DNA of 64,000 bases from Terrimicrobiaceae bacterium (lineage in GTDB: Bacteria; Verrucomicrobiota; Verrucomicrobiia; Chthoniobacterales; Terrimicrobiaceae): positions 4,154-68,153 of the forward strand of contig JBGSJQ010000095.1 of NCBI GenBank assembly GCA_041741775.1. Reading direction: 5' to 3'. This document shows, piece after piece, positions 27,490 to 35,576 of this stretch. The position numbers were made by a program, and so were the translations under genes. The notes under the pieces were generated by a model. It was not told the DNA's origin, did not search any database, and saw only the letters and a list, made by a program, of their open reading frames with translations. Within the stretch, counting starts at the first letter, position 1; each line of letters begins with the position of its first letter.

Positions 27490-28308
27490 CTAGTGGGCGC
27501 TGGAGGATTCCATTGCCCTCTCCCAGAACTCTCTGTCGTGCTTACCCCAACCGTGGCACCCGAATGGCAGCTTTCCCCGCGTTCGCTCAAGGCATTGCCG
27601 GGGCTCAACCTCGAAGCCGAATTGGAAGGCTTCTTCGGCATCGGGCTTTCTAAAGTCGGGCTGGATCCGGATCACGTCCAGCGCCCAAAATCGGTCCTCG
27701 TTCTCTCCGTAATTCTCCAGTTCATCCTCAACAGTCCAAAAACTCAGATGCTGCCTGATCCGCTTTCGGATATTCGTAAGCAGACCGCGCACGAAACCAG
27801 GTCGGGGAAGATGCGATGGAGGAACCGGAAAAAAGCGGCCCCTCGGGATCCTCTTCGTGAGCACAGCCTTCGCCGTCGAAACCTTGCGCAACGAAAACCC
27901 CCCGTTGCCGACCTTCCAGGTGGCCTCGCCTCCCTCAGGATCACCGTAGTGATCGAGCCACGGTGAGCCCACGAAATCAAAGTCTTTCTCACACCAGGAG
28001 TCCAAGTCGTCTCGGAAGACAAGACAGTCCAATTGATACACCAGAATGTGGGAATACGCGCGGAAGGAGTCGTAAAAACAGGCGCTCATCAAAAGCCGGT
28101 TGTATCCGTACGGATACGTGAAAAACTTCGGGGAAAACCGGACGATTTCCTCCCCTTTCAAGAATCCCGCGGGCAGGGCCAGGCCAACAGGGACCACAAA
28201 ACACCTTTTTTGTCCTCCCAGAATCGCCCGCACCTGCGACAGCGAAGTTTCCTCGTCCGCAGTGAGCGGAAGGCGGTAAACCGGTATGACAACACAGGCG
28301 GAGTGCAT
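27490..28308 (-). CDS. DUF5672-like protein
   Basis: VVIPVYRLPLT... and DFDFVGSPW resemble the DUF5672 signature as I remember it. Not checked against an HMM. Confidence 0.5.
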   Translation of the reverse strand: MHSACVVIPVYRLPLTADEETSLSQVRAILGGQKRCFVVPVGLALPAGFLKGEEIVRFSPKFFTYPYGYNRLLMSACFYDSFRAYSHILVYQLDCLVFRDDLDSWCEKDFDFVGSPWLDHYGDPEGGEATWKVGNGGFSLRKVSTAKAVLTKRIPRGRFFPVPPSHLPRPGFVRGLLTNIRKRIRQHLSFWTVEDELENYGENEDRFWALDVIRIQPDFRKPDAEEAFQFGFEVEPRQCLERTRGKLPFGCHGWGKHDREFWERAMESSSAH

Positions 28309-28374
28309 TTTGAAAAGCAGAATGAGCGTCCAGGCGATCTCAACGCAAACCCGCCCGCTCCGCGAGGCGGAACT

Positions 28375-28587
28375 TCAGCGCCACTCCAGCTTGTCGATGA
28401 TGATGTCAAATTCCGCCAGCTTCGCGTGGGCGGCCTTGACGGCGCAAGCCACGGACTCCGGCGTTTTTTCTTCTGCCGAAAAGACACCCATGGAAAACCC
28501 ATGGCGCTCTTTCATGCCGGGCTTCCGCCAATGAAAGAACGCCCGGACACGGAACGGGCCCAGCGCAATATTGTCAGATCCGCTCAC
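28375..28587 (-). CDS. Small hypothetical protein (70 aa) directly downstream of the radical-SAM pair
   Basis: ORF starts 6 nt after the stop of the HemN-like gene and its codon usage looks coding. No family recognised. Confidence 0.5.
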   Translation of the reverse strand: MSGSDNIALGPFRVRAFFHWRKPGMKERHGFSMGVFSAEEKTPESVACAVKAAHAKLAEFDIIIDKLEWR

Positions 28588-28593
28588 GAGCGA

Positions 28594-30147
28594 TCACTCG
28601 AAAACTCCGTTGTTCAAATACGGATTCAGTGGACCTTCCTCATACTGGTCGCGGGGGTAGGGAATGAAGTCGGTATGGTGAAATTGTTGGGCAACTTCAT
28701 CGGCAAAAAAGGCGCCAAGGGGTGTCAACTCAATGGCGCGGTCGGTCTTCTTCAGGAGCCCGTGGGCCTCCAATTCAGCAAACTTCTTCTGAAAGACCTC
28801 ATTGAGATCGAGACCCGTGAGACGGCGGTAATTCGACGGCCGCACATTCCGGTTTTTGATCGGGAGGACGATGGCCCAGCGGGCCTGGTCCTCCGGCGTG
28901 CGGATGTAGCCACGGTTGATCGGCAGGTGACCGCTTTCCACCAGGGCGTAATACTCGTCAAAGTTCTGTGTCGGCAGCGAAAACCGATCCCGCAGGCTGC
29001 TGAACGCGGTCAGGCCGATCCCGATCTGGTCAAATTGCACACAGCACTGGTTGTGGGCATAGACGGAATAATCCCCCCGGCGTCGGGAGAACACGCGTCG
29101 CAAATTCTCCGTGTAGCCGTAATGGCCGAGCATCTCAATCGCCGACTGCTTCATGATGAATTGATCCTCGTTTGGAGGATACTCCTCGGGCTTGACTTCG
29201 ATGTAGTTTTTCACCGCACCCTGGTGGTCGCCATAGGCCTCGACTTTCAGGCGGTAAAGCTGGATCTCATGCACGCCGAGCTGACAAGCCTCCTCGACCA
29301 CATCCAGCCAGTTTTCGAGGGTCTGGCCGAGATAACCGAAGATGAACTCGATGTTGATCTGGAATCCGGCAGCAAGGGTTTCCTTGATCGCCTGGAACGC
29401 CTCGTCCCGACCATGATGCCGCCCCATTTTTTTCAGCACGGTGGGGTTGAGCGACTGGACGCCGATCGTCAGCCTGTCCACCCCGTATTCCCTCATGATC
29501 TCAAGCCTTTTCTCGCCTTCGGGTCCAATCAGGGTGTTCGGATCAACATCAAAATTGAACTGGCGACAGATGGAAAGGTCGATCCGCTCGCAGAATCCGT
29601 CCATGAACCGTCGGAATTGATCCACCGTCAAGAATGTGGGGGTGCCCCCGCCAACCAGGACAGATCGCGCTTTGATCTTGTCAACGCCCAGCTTCTCCCG
29701 CCAGATATCCATCTCCCGCATAAATGCCTTCAGATACCTGTCCTTTTCCTCAAGCCGGGGCCCCAGAAGGACCGGGTAATGACAAAAAACACAGTGGGAA
29801 TTGCAGAACGGGATGTGTGCATAGACATCCAAAACGCCATCCGGTGGAAGGGTGTATCCGTCCAAAAGCTCATCATCCGTCATCGGCGGATACATCGTGA
29901 TCGGCGGATAATGGACCGAGGGATAAAAATCGCCGTCTTTTTGCAGCAATCCGAGGGACCGCAAATGCTTGAAATCGCTGATCCGACTCCGGGCCCGCTC
30001 GATTAACTGCCGGCGATCCAGAGGCCCCCTGTCCGGCATCGGTGGCGGCGGTTCGTGCGGGAGGAGAAGACGCGGGTTGATTGGCGGACGATCGATCGAT
30101 GCCAGCCGGGCCCAGCCGGAAACGGGTTCTAGGATTGAGCTGCTCAT
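28594..30147 (-). CDS. Radical SAM protein, HemN/HemW (coproporphyrinogen III oxidase-like) family with an N-terminal extension of roughly 100 aa
   Basis: VYAHIPFCNSHCVFCHYP (CxxxCxxC), GGGTPTFL, and a HemN_C-like tail. 517 aa, versus roughly 380-460 aa for typical family members. Confidence 0.85.
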   Translation of the reverse strand: MSSSILEPVSGWARLASIDRPPINPRLLLPHEPPPPMPDRGPLDRRQLIERARSRISDFKHLRSLGLLQKDGDFYPSVHYPPITMYPPMTDDELLDGYTLPPDGVLDVYAHIPFCNSHCVFCHYPVLLGPRLEEKDRYLKAFMREMDIWREKLGVDKIKARSVLVGGGTPTFLTVDQFRRFMDGFCERIDLSICRQFNFDVDPNTLIGPEGEKRLEIMREYGVDRLTIGVQSLNPTVLKKMGRHHGRDEAFQAIKETLAAGFQINIEFIFGYLGQTLENWLDVVEEACQLGVHEIQLYRLKVEAYGDHQGAVKNYIEVKPEEYPPNEDQFIMKQSAIEMLGHYGYTENLRRVFSRRRGDYSVYAHNQCCVQFDQIGIGLTAFSSLRDRFSLPTQNFDEYYALVESGHLPINRGYIRTPEDQARWAIVLPIKNRNVRPSNYRRLTGLDLNEVFQKKFAELEAHGLLKKTDRAIELTPLGAFFADEVAQQFHHTDFIPYPRDQYEEGPLNPYLNNGVFE

Positions 30148-30162
30148 AGGTTTTTTTGGTGG

Positions 30163-31227
30163 TTAGATTAAGGGAGCCGGGCCGAGCTTCAAACCCGCGC
30201 GACGGGCAAGATCACCCATGCGTTTCTCTCCGGGAGTGCAGCGCTCGGTGGAGTAAATCGGGAACAGTTCCCGGAAATTCTCCGGTGTCCCGTCATGGAT
30301 TGTGACCGTGTTTGCACCGGCCATGAGGCCGATCAACTGGCCATCATCACGCGCCTTTTGCAGGCAGCTCGTTGTGGGAATGAGCCGACCGGGCTGCATG
30401 ATCCTCATCACCGCCATCATGTTGAAGACAAGGTCCACGTCTCCCATCGCCTGATCATTGTAAAGGCATCCTTCATTCGGAATGAACACCGTGGAACTCG
30501 TCATCGCAACATCAACATCCCGAAGTAAAAGGAGGTCGTCCACAATGGCGTCGAGCGACTGTCCGGGAAGCCCGATCATGTTCCCCGTTCCCACTTTGAA
30601 CCCCAGATCGATGAGGTCGTTGAGACAAGCCAGTCGCTGGTCGAGCGTGTCGGAGGGCTTCCACGCATGGTAAAGCTCGGGGCTGGAGGACTCGAACTTC
30701 AAGATGTAGCGGTCCGCTCCCGACTCCTTGAGAAACAGATACTGCTCCCGGCTCAGGTTGCCGAGGCAAAGGATGATCTCGCTGTCCGGATGCTTTGACT
30801 TGATCCCCGAAATGCATCGGGCCACATACGCGACGAAGGCCTTCGAATGGTTTTCTCCCGACTGAAAAAGAAAAACCCTCCGCCCTTTCCCATACAATAA
30901 GTCTGCCATTTCGAGAACATCAGCCTCCTTGATCACATAGCGCTTCAGATCGGCCTCTTTATACATGCTGCAATATTTGCAGCTTTGCTGGCAGACATTG
31001 GAAAGCTCGATCACGCTGCGAACTTCCACTTCCTCCGAAGGAAAGGCCGAACTCCGCGCTGCTCTTGCCATCGCAAAAAGAATCTCCTGCTCCTCTCCCC
31101 GGAGCAGGAGAGCTTCGGTAAGAGAGCCTCTGGAAAAATTTCCCATGGAAAGCTCCTCCAAGCACCCGGCATTTTTATGACCTAGATCAATCATTTTGTG
31201 ATGGAATAATATTTTTCGTAAGGGCAT
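30163..31227 (-). CDS. Radical SAM protein, BioB/HydE/PylB-like
   Basis: ELSNVCQQSCKYCSMY (CxxxCxxC), FLFQSGE, GADRYILKFESS and GTGNMIGLPGQS match the HydE/BioB-type TIM-barrel radical SAM pattern. Confidence 0.85.
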   Translation of the reverse strand: MPLRKILFHHKMIDLGHKNAGCLEELSMGNFSRGSLTEALLLRGEEQEILFAMARAARSSAFPSEEVEVRSVIELSNVCQQSCKYCSMYKEADLKRYVIKEADVLEMADLLYGKGRRVFLFQSGENHSKAFVAYVARCISGIKSKHPDSEIILCLGNLSREQYLFLKESGADRYILKFESSSPELYHAWKPSDTLDQRLACLNDLIDLGFKVGTGNMIGLPGQSLDAIVDDLLLLRDVDVAMTSSTVFIPNEGCLYNDQAMGDVDLVFNMMAVMRIMQPGRLIPTTSCLQKARDDGQLIGLMAGANTVTIHDGTPENFRELFPIYSTERCTPGEKRMGDLARRAGLKLGPAPLI

Positions 31228-31271
31228 TTTGTATCGGGGTCAACAGTTATTCGAGAAAAAGGGGATATTTT

Positions 31272-32165
31272 TCAGGCGGGTGCGTAGGCGAAGCAGAGAA
31301 GCACGACACCGAGAGTGGCGACCACAGCCCCGGCTATATCGCGCGCGAAGATCTTCTCCTTGAGGATGGTTGCGGCCAGAGGCAGGACGAGGATGGGTTC
31401 GAGAGAAAGGAGGCTGTTGGCCGGGGCCACATCGAGGTTTTTTACGGCGACCAGAGAAAGCCAGAATCCAGCGAAGGTGATGACGCAGACCGAAAGGATA
31501 AATGGCACCGCGAGTCCCTGCTTGGAGAACGAGGCGGCGGCGGACCCGAGCTGGCGCCTGGCTCCGAGCCAAAGCGACAGGCCGATGAAACCGGCGGACA
31601 TTCTCAGAAAAGTTCCCTCCAGAGCCGAGACCTCAGAAAGAGCCCCCTTTGCCATCACCATCGAAGCCGACATGCAACCGGACGCAAGGAGGCCGTAGAG
31701 GATGCCTTTCCGCGTGGCCGCCTGGGATAATCCACGTTCCTTTGGCCAGAGGACCAGAGACACGCCGCACAGGATGAAAGCCATGCCGATCCAAGCCATG
31801 AGGGCAGGGGTTTCTCCAAGAAACAACATAGCGAGGACCGCAGTGATCACTTGGCCAACCGTGAGAAAAATGACGAGGATTTGGGGGGAGAGCTCCCTCA
31901 AGGCCGCAAAGAAAAGGACATCCGCCACGGCAATCCCCACGATTCCGCTGGCGGCAAGCAACGCAGCATCCGGAAGAGACGGGATTCTCCCGCCAGCGAG
32001 AAGAAGCCCCGCCCCTAAAAACACAACGCTCAGAGCGCACTTTCCAAAGGCCATCACAACCGGAGACAAGCTTTCTCCAAGGCGCTTGAAAAGAATTGCT
32101 CCGACCGCCCATCCGAGTGCCGAACCCAGCCCGGCCGCGATTCCCATCATTTCCCGAGTCATCAT
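31272..32165 (-). CDS. DMT superfamily (EamA-like) transporter
   Basis: 297 aa, about 10 predicted TM helices, duplicated EamA pattern (GSALGWAVGAILFKRLG...). Confidence 0.85.
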   Translation of the reverse strand: MMTREMMGIAAGLGSALGWAVGAILFKRLGESLSPVVMAFGKCALSVVFLGAGLLLAGGRIPSLPDAALLAASGIVGIAVADVLFFAALRELSPQILVIFLTVGQVITAVLAMLFLGETPALMAWIGMAFILCGVSLVLWPKERGLSQAATRKGILYGLLASGCMSASMVMAKGALSEVSALEGTFLRMSAGFIGLSLWLGARRQLGSAAASFSKQGLAVPFILSVCVITFAGFWLSLVAVKNLDVAPANSLLSLEPILVLPLAATILKEKIFARDIAGAVVATLGVVLLCFAYAPA

Positions 32166-32177
32166 AGAAATTACCGA

Positions 32178-32765
32178 CTATCCCTGCGGCGGACCGCCTC
32201 CGGGAGGTCCTCCGCCGGGACCGCCCTGGGAACCGCCGCCGGATCCCTGGGAAGGCTGCGAAGGGGCCTGCTGGCCGTTGTCATCCTTTTTTTTATGCTT
32301 CTTCCCCTTCTTCGGCTGGTTCTGTTCTCTCTGTTGAGCAGGTTGAGCACCGCCACGGAACAAGTTGGGTGATTGCGAGTTGACCGCACCGGAAATTGCC
32401 GCCGCCAAAAAAGGTGCCGCCGCTCTCCCGAAATCCGGATTGGACGGGCCGGGATTTCCCGCATGCCGGGGCGGGGGAGGAGCGTAGCGCGGTTGTTGAA
32501 CGATATACCCGGTCGGAGGTCCGGGGTAGCGCAGCTGTGGGTTCCCGTTGTAAGGGTTCGGCCCCCTACCCGGAGGTGGTGGCACATAGCGGCCGGGACG
32601 TACGTAAAGAGCTCCTCCGGTGCCGCGCACAGACTTCACGGGCACAGACACTCCTGCGGGGATCTCGGAGAAATAACTCGGAGGCAGCTCGCACGATGCC
32701 AACAAGAGTCCCGCGCAGGAAAGACCTACCCAGTATAACGGGTCCACGGCGCGTCCTTCATTCAT
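32178..32765 (-). CDS. Pro/Gly-rich lipoprotein with a basic Lys cluster and a GGPGGGPPGGGPP tail
   Basis: Signal peptide plus lipobox (GLLLASC). The mature part is low-complexity, P/G/Q-rich. Confidence 0.55.
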   Translation of the reverse strand: MNEGRAVDPLYWVGLSCAGLLLASCELPPSYFSEIPAGVSVPVKSVRGTGGALYVRPGRYVPPPPGRGPNPYNGNPQLRYPGPPTGYIVQQPRYAPPPPRHAGNPGPSNPDFGRAAAPFLAAAISGAVNSQSPNLFRGGAQPAQQREQNQPKKGKKHKKKDDNGQQAPSQPSQGSGGGSQGGPGGGPPGGGPPQG

Positions 32766-32786
32766 ACAACTCCCGTCAGCGAAAGA

Positions 32787-33065
32787 TCAATACGGCCCGG
32801 GTCCGCCAAATCCCGGTCCACCACCAGGACCTCCTGGGCCCGGTCCGCCAAATCCCGGCCCACCACCTGGACCTCCTGGGCCCGGTCCGCCAAATCCCGG
32901 CCCACCACCTGGACCTCCTGGGCCCGGTCCGGGACCTGGGCCAGGTCCCACAAGTGCTGCGGGGCCAGGTCCCACGGGGCCGGGAGGAATTACCCAAGGT
33001 TCACAGGACGTAAGAAGAACAGGAACCAAAACGGCTCCAATGAGGATAGGGACGTCAATTTTCAT
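32787..33065 (-). CDS. Small lipoprotein consisting almost entirely of Gly/Pro, with 3 x GGPGPGGPGGGPGF repeats
   Basis: Internal ATG at 33065 gives MKIDVPILIGAVLVPVLLTSC (lipobox L-T-S-C), then G/P repeats to the stop (92 aa). Confidence 0.55.
   Translation of the reverse strand: MKIDVPILIGAVLVPVLLTSCEPWVIPPGPVGPGPAALVGPGPGPGPGPGGPGGGPGFGGPGPGGPGGGPGFGGPGPGGPGGGPGFGGPGPY
32794..32919. repeat. Three 42-bp tandem repeats (copies 2 and 3 identical) plus a partial fourth copy
   Basis: Read directly: unit gggcccggtccgccaaatcccggcccaccacctggacctcct at 32836-32877 and 32878-32919. The first copy (32794-32835) has a few substitutions. Confidence 0.9.
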
Positions 33066-34188
33066 GAGTGGGATTTTTTCGAAATGGTGGTGCGCCCTGA
33101 TCAGCATTCGCGACCTCGGTCTGGTCGGCCTGAAAGACCAACATGTATCGCTGGGGGATAAATTGTTGCGTGTCGACAAGACGGAAACCATATTTGGCGA
33201 GCTGGCCAATGATCAGTTCCTTGGCGATGTAGGGTCCGTGGTAGGGAAGGTTCGAGTCGGCAACGAGTGCATTATCCACCACGACGAAGCGACCCCCGGG
33301 TTTTAGCGCCTTTTTGATGCTGCCAAGGAATCCCGTCAACTCATCCTCTGAGGCCAGCACATACATGATGTGGTAGAGCGAGCACGTCCAAACGAGATCG
33401 ACCTGCGTCTTGAGCCCAATGTTGTCAAGGGCAGATGATGAGACCTCCACGTTCTTGAGTCCGGATCGCCGGGCCAGATCCCGCAAATACTTGACGTGGA
33501 CCTCGTTGATGTCGAGGGCATACACGTGGCCCTCGGCCCCGACTTGCTTCGCAAAAGCAAAGGTATAGAAGCCCGGACCGCAGCCGACGTCCGCGACGGA
33601 ATCTCCTGGTTTGAGTTTGAGCGCGGCGAGAAATTTCGAAGATTGCTCCCAAGCCTCCCGTCTCGGGTTGTTGAAAAGCACATAATCCTGAAGGAAGGCT
33701 TCCCGGCGGACCGCCTCAAATGTATTTTCGTCGCCCAGCTTGCCAAGGTGGTATTTACGGAGCAGGAATTCCTGCAGAAGCTCGTAGTTGTTGCCTCCGA
33801 GGAAGGAATAGTATTCGGAGGTCAGGGGATCTGTGAGCATCGCTTGCCGTTCGGCCTCAGGAACACTGATAATATTGCTGAACCACTGGAGCGCGGTGTA
33901 TTCTCCACCAAAATTCTCGTTCGGGATGAGACTCTCGTAAATGGCGGACGCCTTTTCAGCGGCCTCCTTGTCCCCGGTCCTGACAGCGTCGAGGAGGAGG
34001 CGGGCAGCCGTGATCCCGCCCTCGGTCGTGTCGAAGGAATCGATGCTGCCGAGGTGGACGAGCGATGCGCGGGAGTCCACCCAGATACCCGGCTCGCCCC
34101 TTGCAGAGAACATGAAATACGACGTCCCGAGAAGAGCCAGAATGGCGGCTCCCTTGGGGAAGTCTTTGGGTGCAAAGCGTCCCTTCAT
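33055..34188 (-). CDS. Class I SAM-dependent methyltransferase with an N-terminal signal anchor and a conserved ~200-aa N-domain
   Basis: ADVGCGPGFYTF (motif I), ALKPGGRFVVVD. N-terminal hydrophobic segment AAILALLGTSYFMF. Paralog of 34327-35574. Confidence 0.8.
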   Translation of the reverse strand: MKGRFAPKDFPKGAAILALLGTSYFMFSARGEPGIWVDSRASLVHLGSIDSFDTTEGGITAARLLLDAVRTGDKEAAEKASAIYESLIPNENFGGEYTALQWFSNIISVPEAERQAMLTDPLTSEYYSFLGGNNYELLQEFLLRKYHLGKLGDENTFEAVRREAFLQDYVLFNNPRREAWEQSSKFLAALKLKPGDSVADVGCGPGFYTFAFAKQVGAEGHVYALDINEVHVKYLRDLARRSGLKNVEVSSSALDNIGLKTQVDLVWTCSLYHIMYVLASEDELTGFLGSIKKALKPGGRFVVVDNALVADSNLPYHGPYIAKELIIGQLAKYGFRLVDTQQFIPQRYMLVFQADQTEVANADQGAPPFRKNPTHEN

Positions 34189-34326
34189 AAAAACCGGGAT
34201 TTTTCAACGCATTTCCATTCAGGGCTCATTGGACGCCTTCCGTTTATTCCTTGGGACGTGCTAAATCAAACACATTTTCGGCAGATTTGCCTCGTCTTTT
34301 TCAAATATATTCCTCTAACAAGGCGG

Positions 34327-35574
34327 ATGATGAAACTCCCGGCTTTCACCGCACTGGCTCTCTTCTGCGCTACAGTGCTCCCGAGCGCACACGTCCTCTC
34401 GCAATCCACGGCGCCGACTCCGGCCCCGAGCGGCAGCGTTTTTGTGCCGATCACCTCCAGGGCCTCGCTTATCGCGTTTCCCAATCACCAAAAGCCCATC
34501 GTTTCAAAAGCAGGCTCGAAGGCGGCGGCGGTTTTTTACGAAGCCCTCGACACGGGGGACAAGGCGAAAGCGGCGGAAGCCCACGCCCTGTTCCGCGGGC
34601 TTGTGGAGAAGGAGTCGTTTGGCAATGAATACCTCGCTTTCATTTGGTTCTGCGACTACCTGATGGCCGGGCCGGACGCGCGCAAGGCCATGCTCACCGA
34701 CCCTATCACCAAGGCCTATTTCGAATTCCTGGGCGGCGACAACTTCAAGATCCTCAAAATCTATCTTCGGACGTCGTTCGGCGTCGCGGGAAAAGGGGCT
34801 GTGGCCGAGGCTGAACCTTCGCCGGGATCCGACCAGCCCGAGCCTGTTAAGAAACTGCGCGTGCTTTTTGGCTTGGAGCCTGCACGGGTTACCCCGGCCG
34901 ACGAACACAAGGAGGAGAATGCCACGCCCGACCTGCCCCCGCCCCGCGAAGTGGTTGGCGGGGTCAGCGAAGAGGACGTCGCCTTCTGGCGTGATTTCAT
35001 TCTTTTCAACAACCCTCTGCGCCCAGTGTGGGAAAAAACCGACGGCATCCTGAACCTCGTTCATATCCAGCCCGGCGAAACCGTGCTTGATATCGGATGC
35101 GGCCCCGGGTTCTTTTCCATGCGCTTCTCGAAAATGGTCGGCCCGGACGGAAAAATCTTTGCCATCGACACGAATGAAAAGCACCTCGAGTTTTTAGCCA
35201 CCCTGATCTCCAGCACGGGCGCGAAAAATATCGAGACGGTCCGGTCGAAATTCGACGACGTTTGCGTGCCGGAGCATAGTGTGGACCGCGCGTTTATGTG
35301 CTCGCTCTACAGCGTCATCTACATCGTTTCCATGGAGCAGGTGAAAGATCGTTTCATTGCCAGCATCCGAAAGGCGCTCAAGCCGGGCGGAAAGCTGATC
35401 ATTGTGGACAATAATGCGGTCGTTCCGGAAGGAGTCGTCCCCTACCATGGCTCCCGGATCGAGCCCTCCCTCGTCATCGCTCAATTGTCTCACTACGGGT
35501 TTAAGCTTGTCAACCAGCAGCAAATCATCCCCCAGCGCTATCTCCTCGAATTCGAGCGAGATGCGGCAGATTGA
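34327..35574 (+). CDS. Class I SAM-dependent methyltransferase with a cleavable-type signal peptide (paralog of 33055-34188)
   Basis: Internal ATG at 34327 gives MMKLPAFTALALFCATVLPSAHVLSQ. LDIGCGPGFFSM and ALKPGGKLIIVD. Shared blocks include AMLTDP(L/I)T..Y..FLGG(N/D)N and IPQRY(M/L)L. Confidence 0.8.
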   Translation: MMKLPAFTALALFCATVLPSAHVLSQSTAPTPAPSGSVFVPITSRASLIAFPNHQKPIVSKAGSKAAAVFYEALDTGDKAKAAEAHALFRGLVEKESFGNEYLAFIWFCDYLMAGPDARKAMLTDPITKAYFEFLGGDNFKILKIYLRTSFGVAGKGAVAEAEPSPGSDQPEPVKKLRVLFGLEPARVTPADEHKEENATPDLPPPREVVGGVSEEDVAFWRDFILFNNPLRPVWEKTDGILNLVHIQPGETVLDIGCGPGFFSMRFSKMVGPDGKIFAIDTNEKHLEFLATLISSTGAKNIETVRSKFDDVCVPEHSVDRAFMCSLYSVIYIVSMEQVKDRFIASIRKALKPGGKLIIVDNNAVVPEGVVPYHGSRIEPSLVIAQLSHYGFKLVNQQQIIPQRYLLEFERDAAD

Positions 35575-35576
35575 TC

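Noticed and set aside
28033-30006. 657-aa plus-strand ORF opposite the HemN-like radical SAM gene
   Set aside because: It is a shadow ORF. The minus strand encodes a protein with clear radical-SAM motifs, and the plus-strand product is low-complexity with no recognisable features.
28594-31227. Reading the radical-SAM pair as [FeFe]-hydrogenase maturation (HydE) or heme biosynthesis (HemN)
   Set aside because: No hydA, hydF, hydG or heme/tetrapyrrole genes occur in the window, and the genes sit inside a glycan operon. I assign family-level similarity only, not function.
32396-33013. Alternative frames across the 42-bp repeat (plus-strand ORF with PVRQIPAHHLDLLG repeats; minus-strand ORFs 32776-32997 and 32762-32953)
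   Set aside because: Any frame of a tandem repeat stays open. Only the chosen frame has an ATG followed by a signal peptide and lipobox and fits the operon orientation. The frame choice remains an inference.
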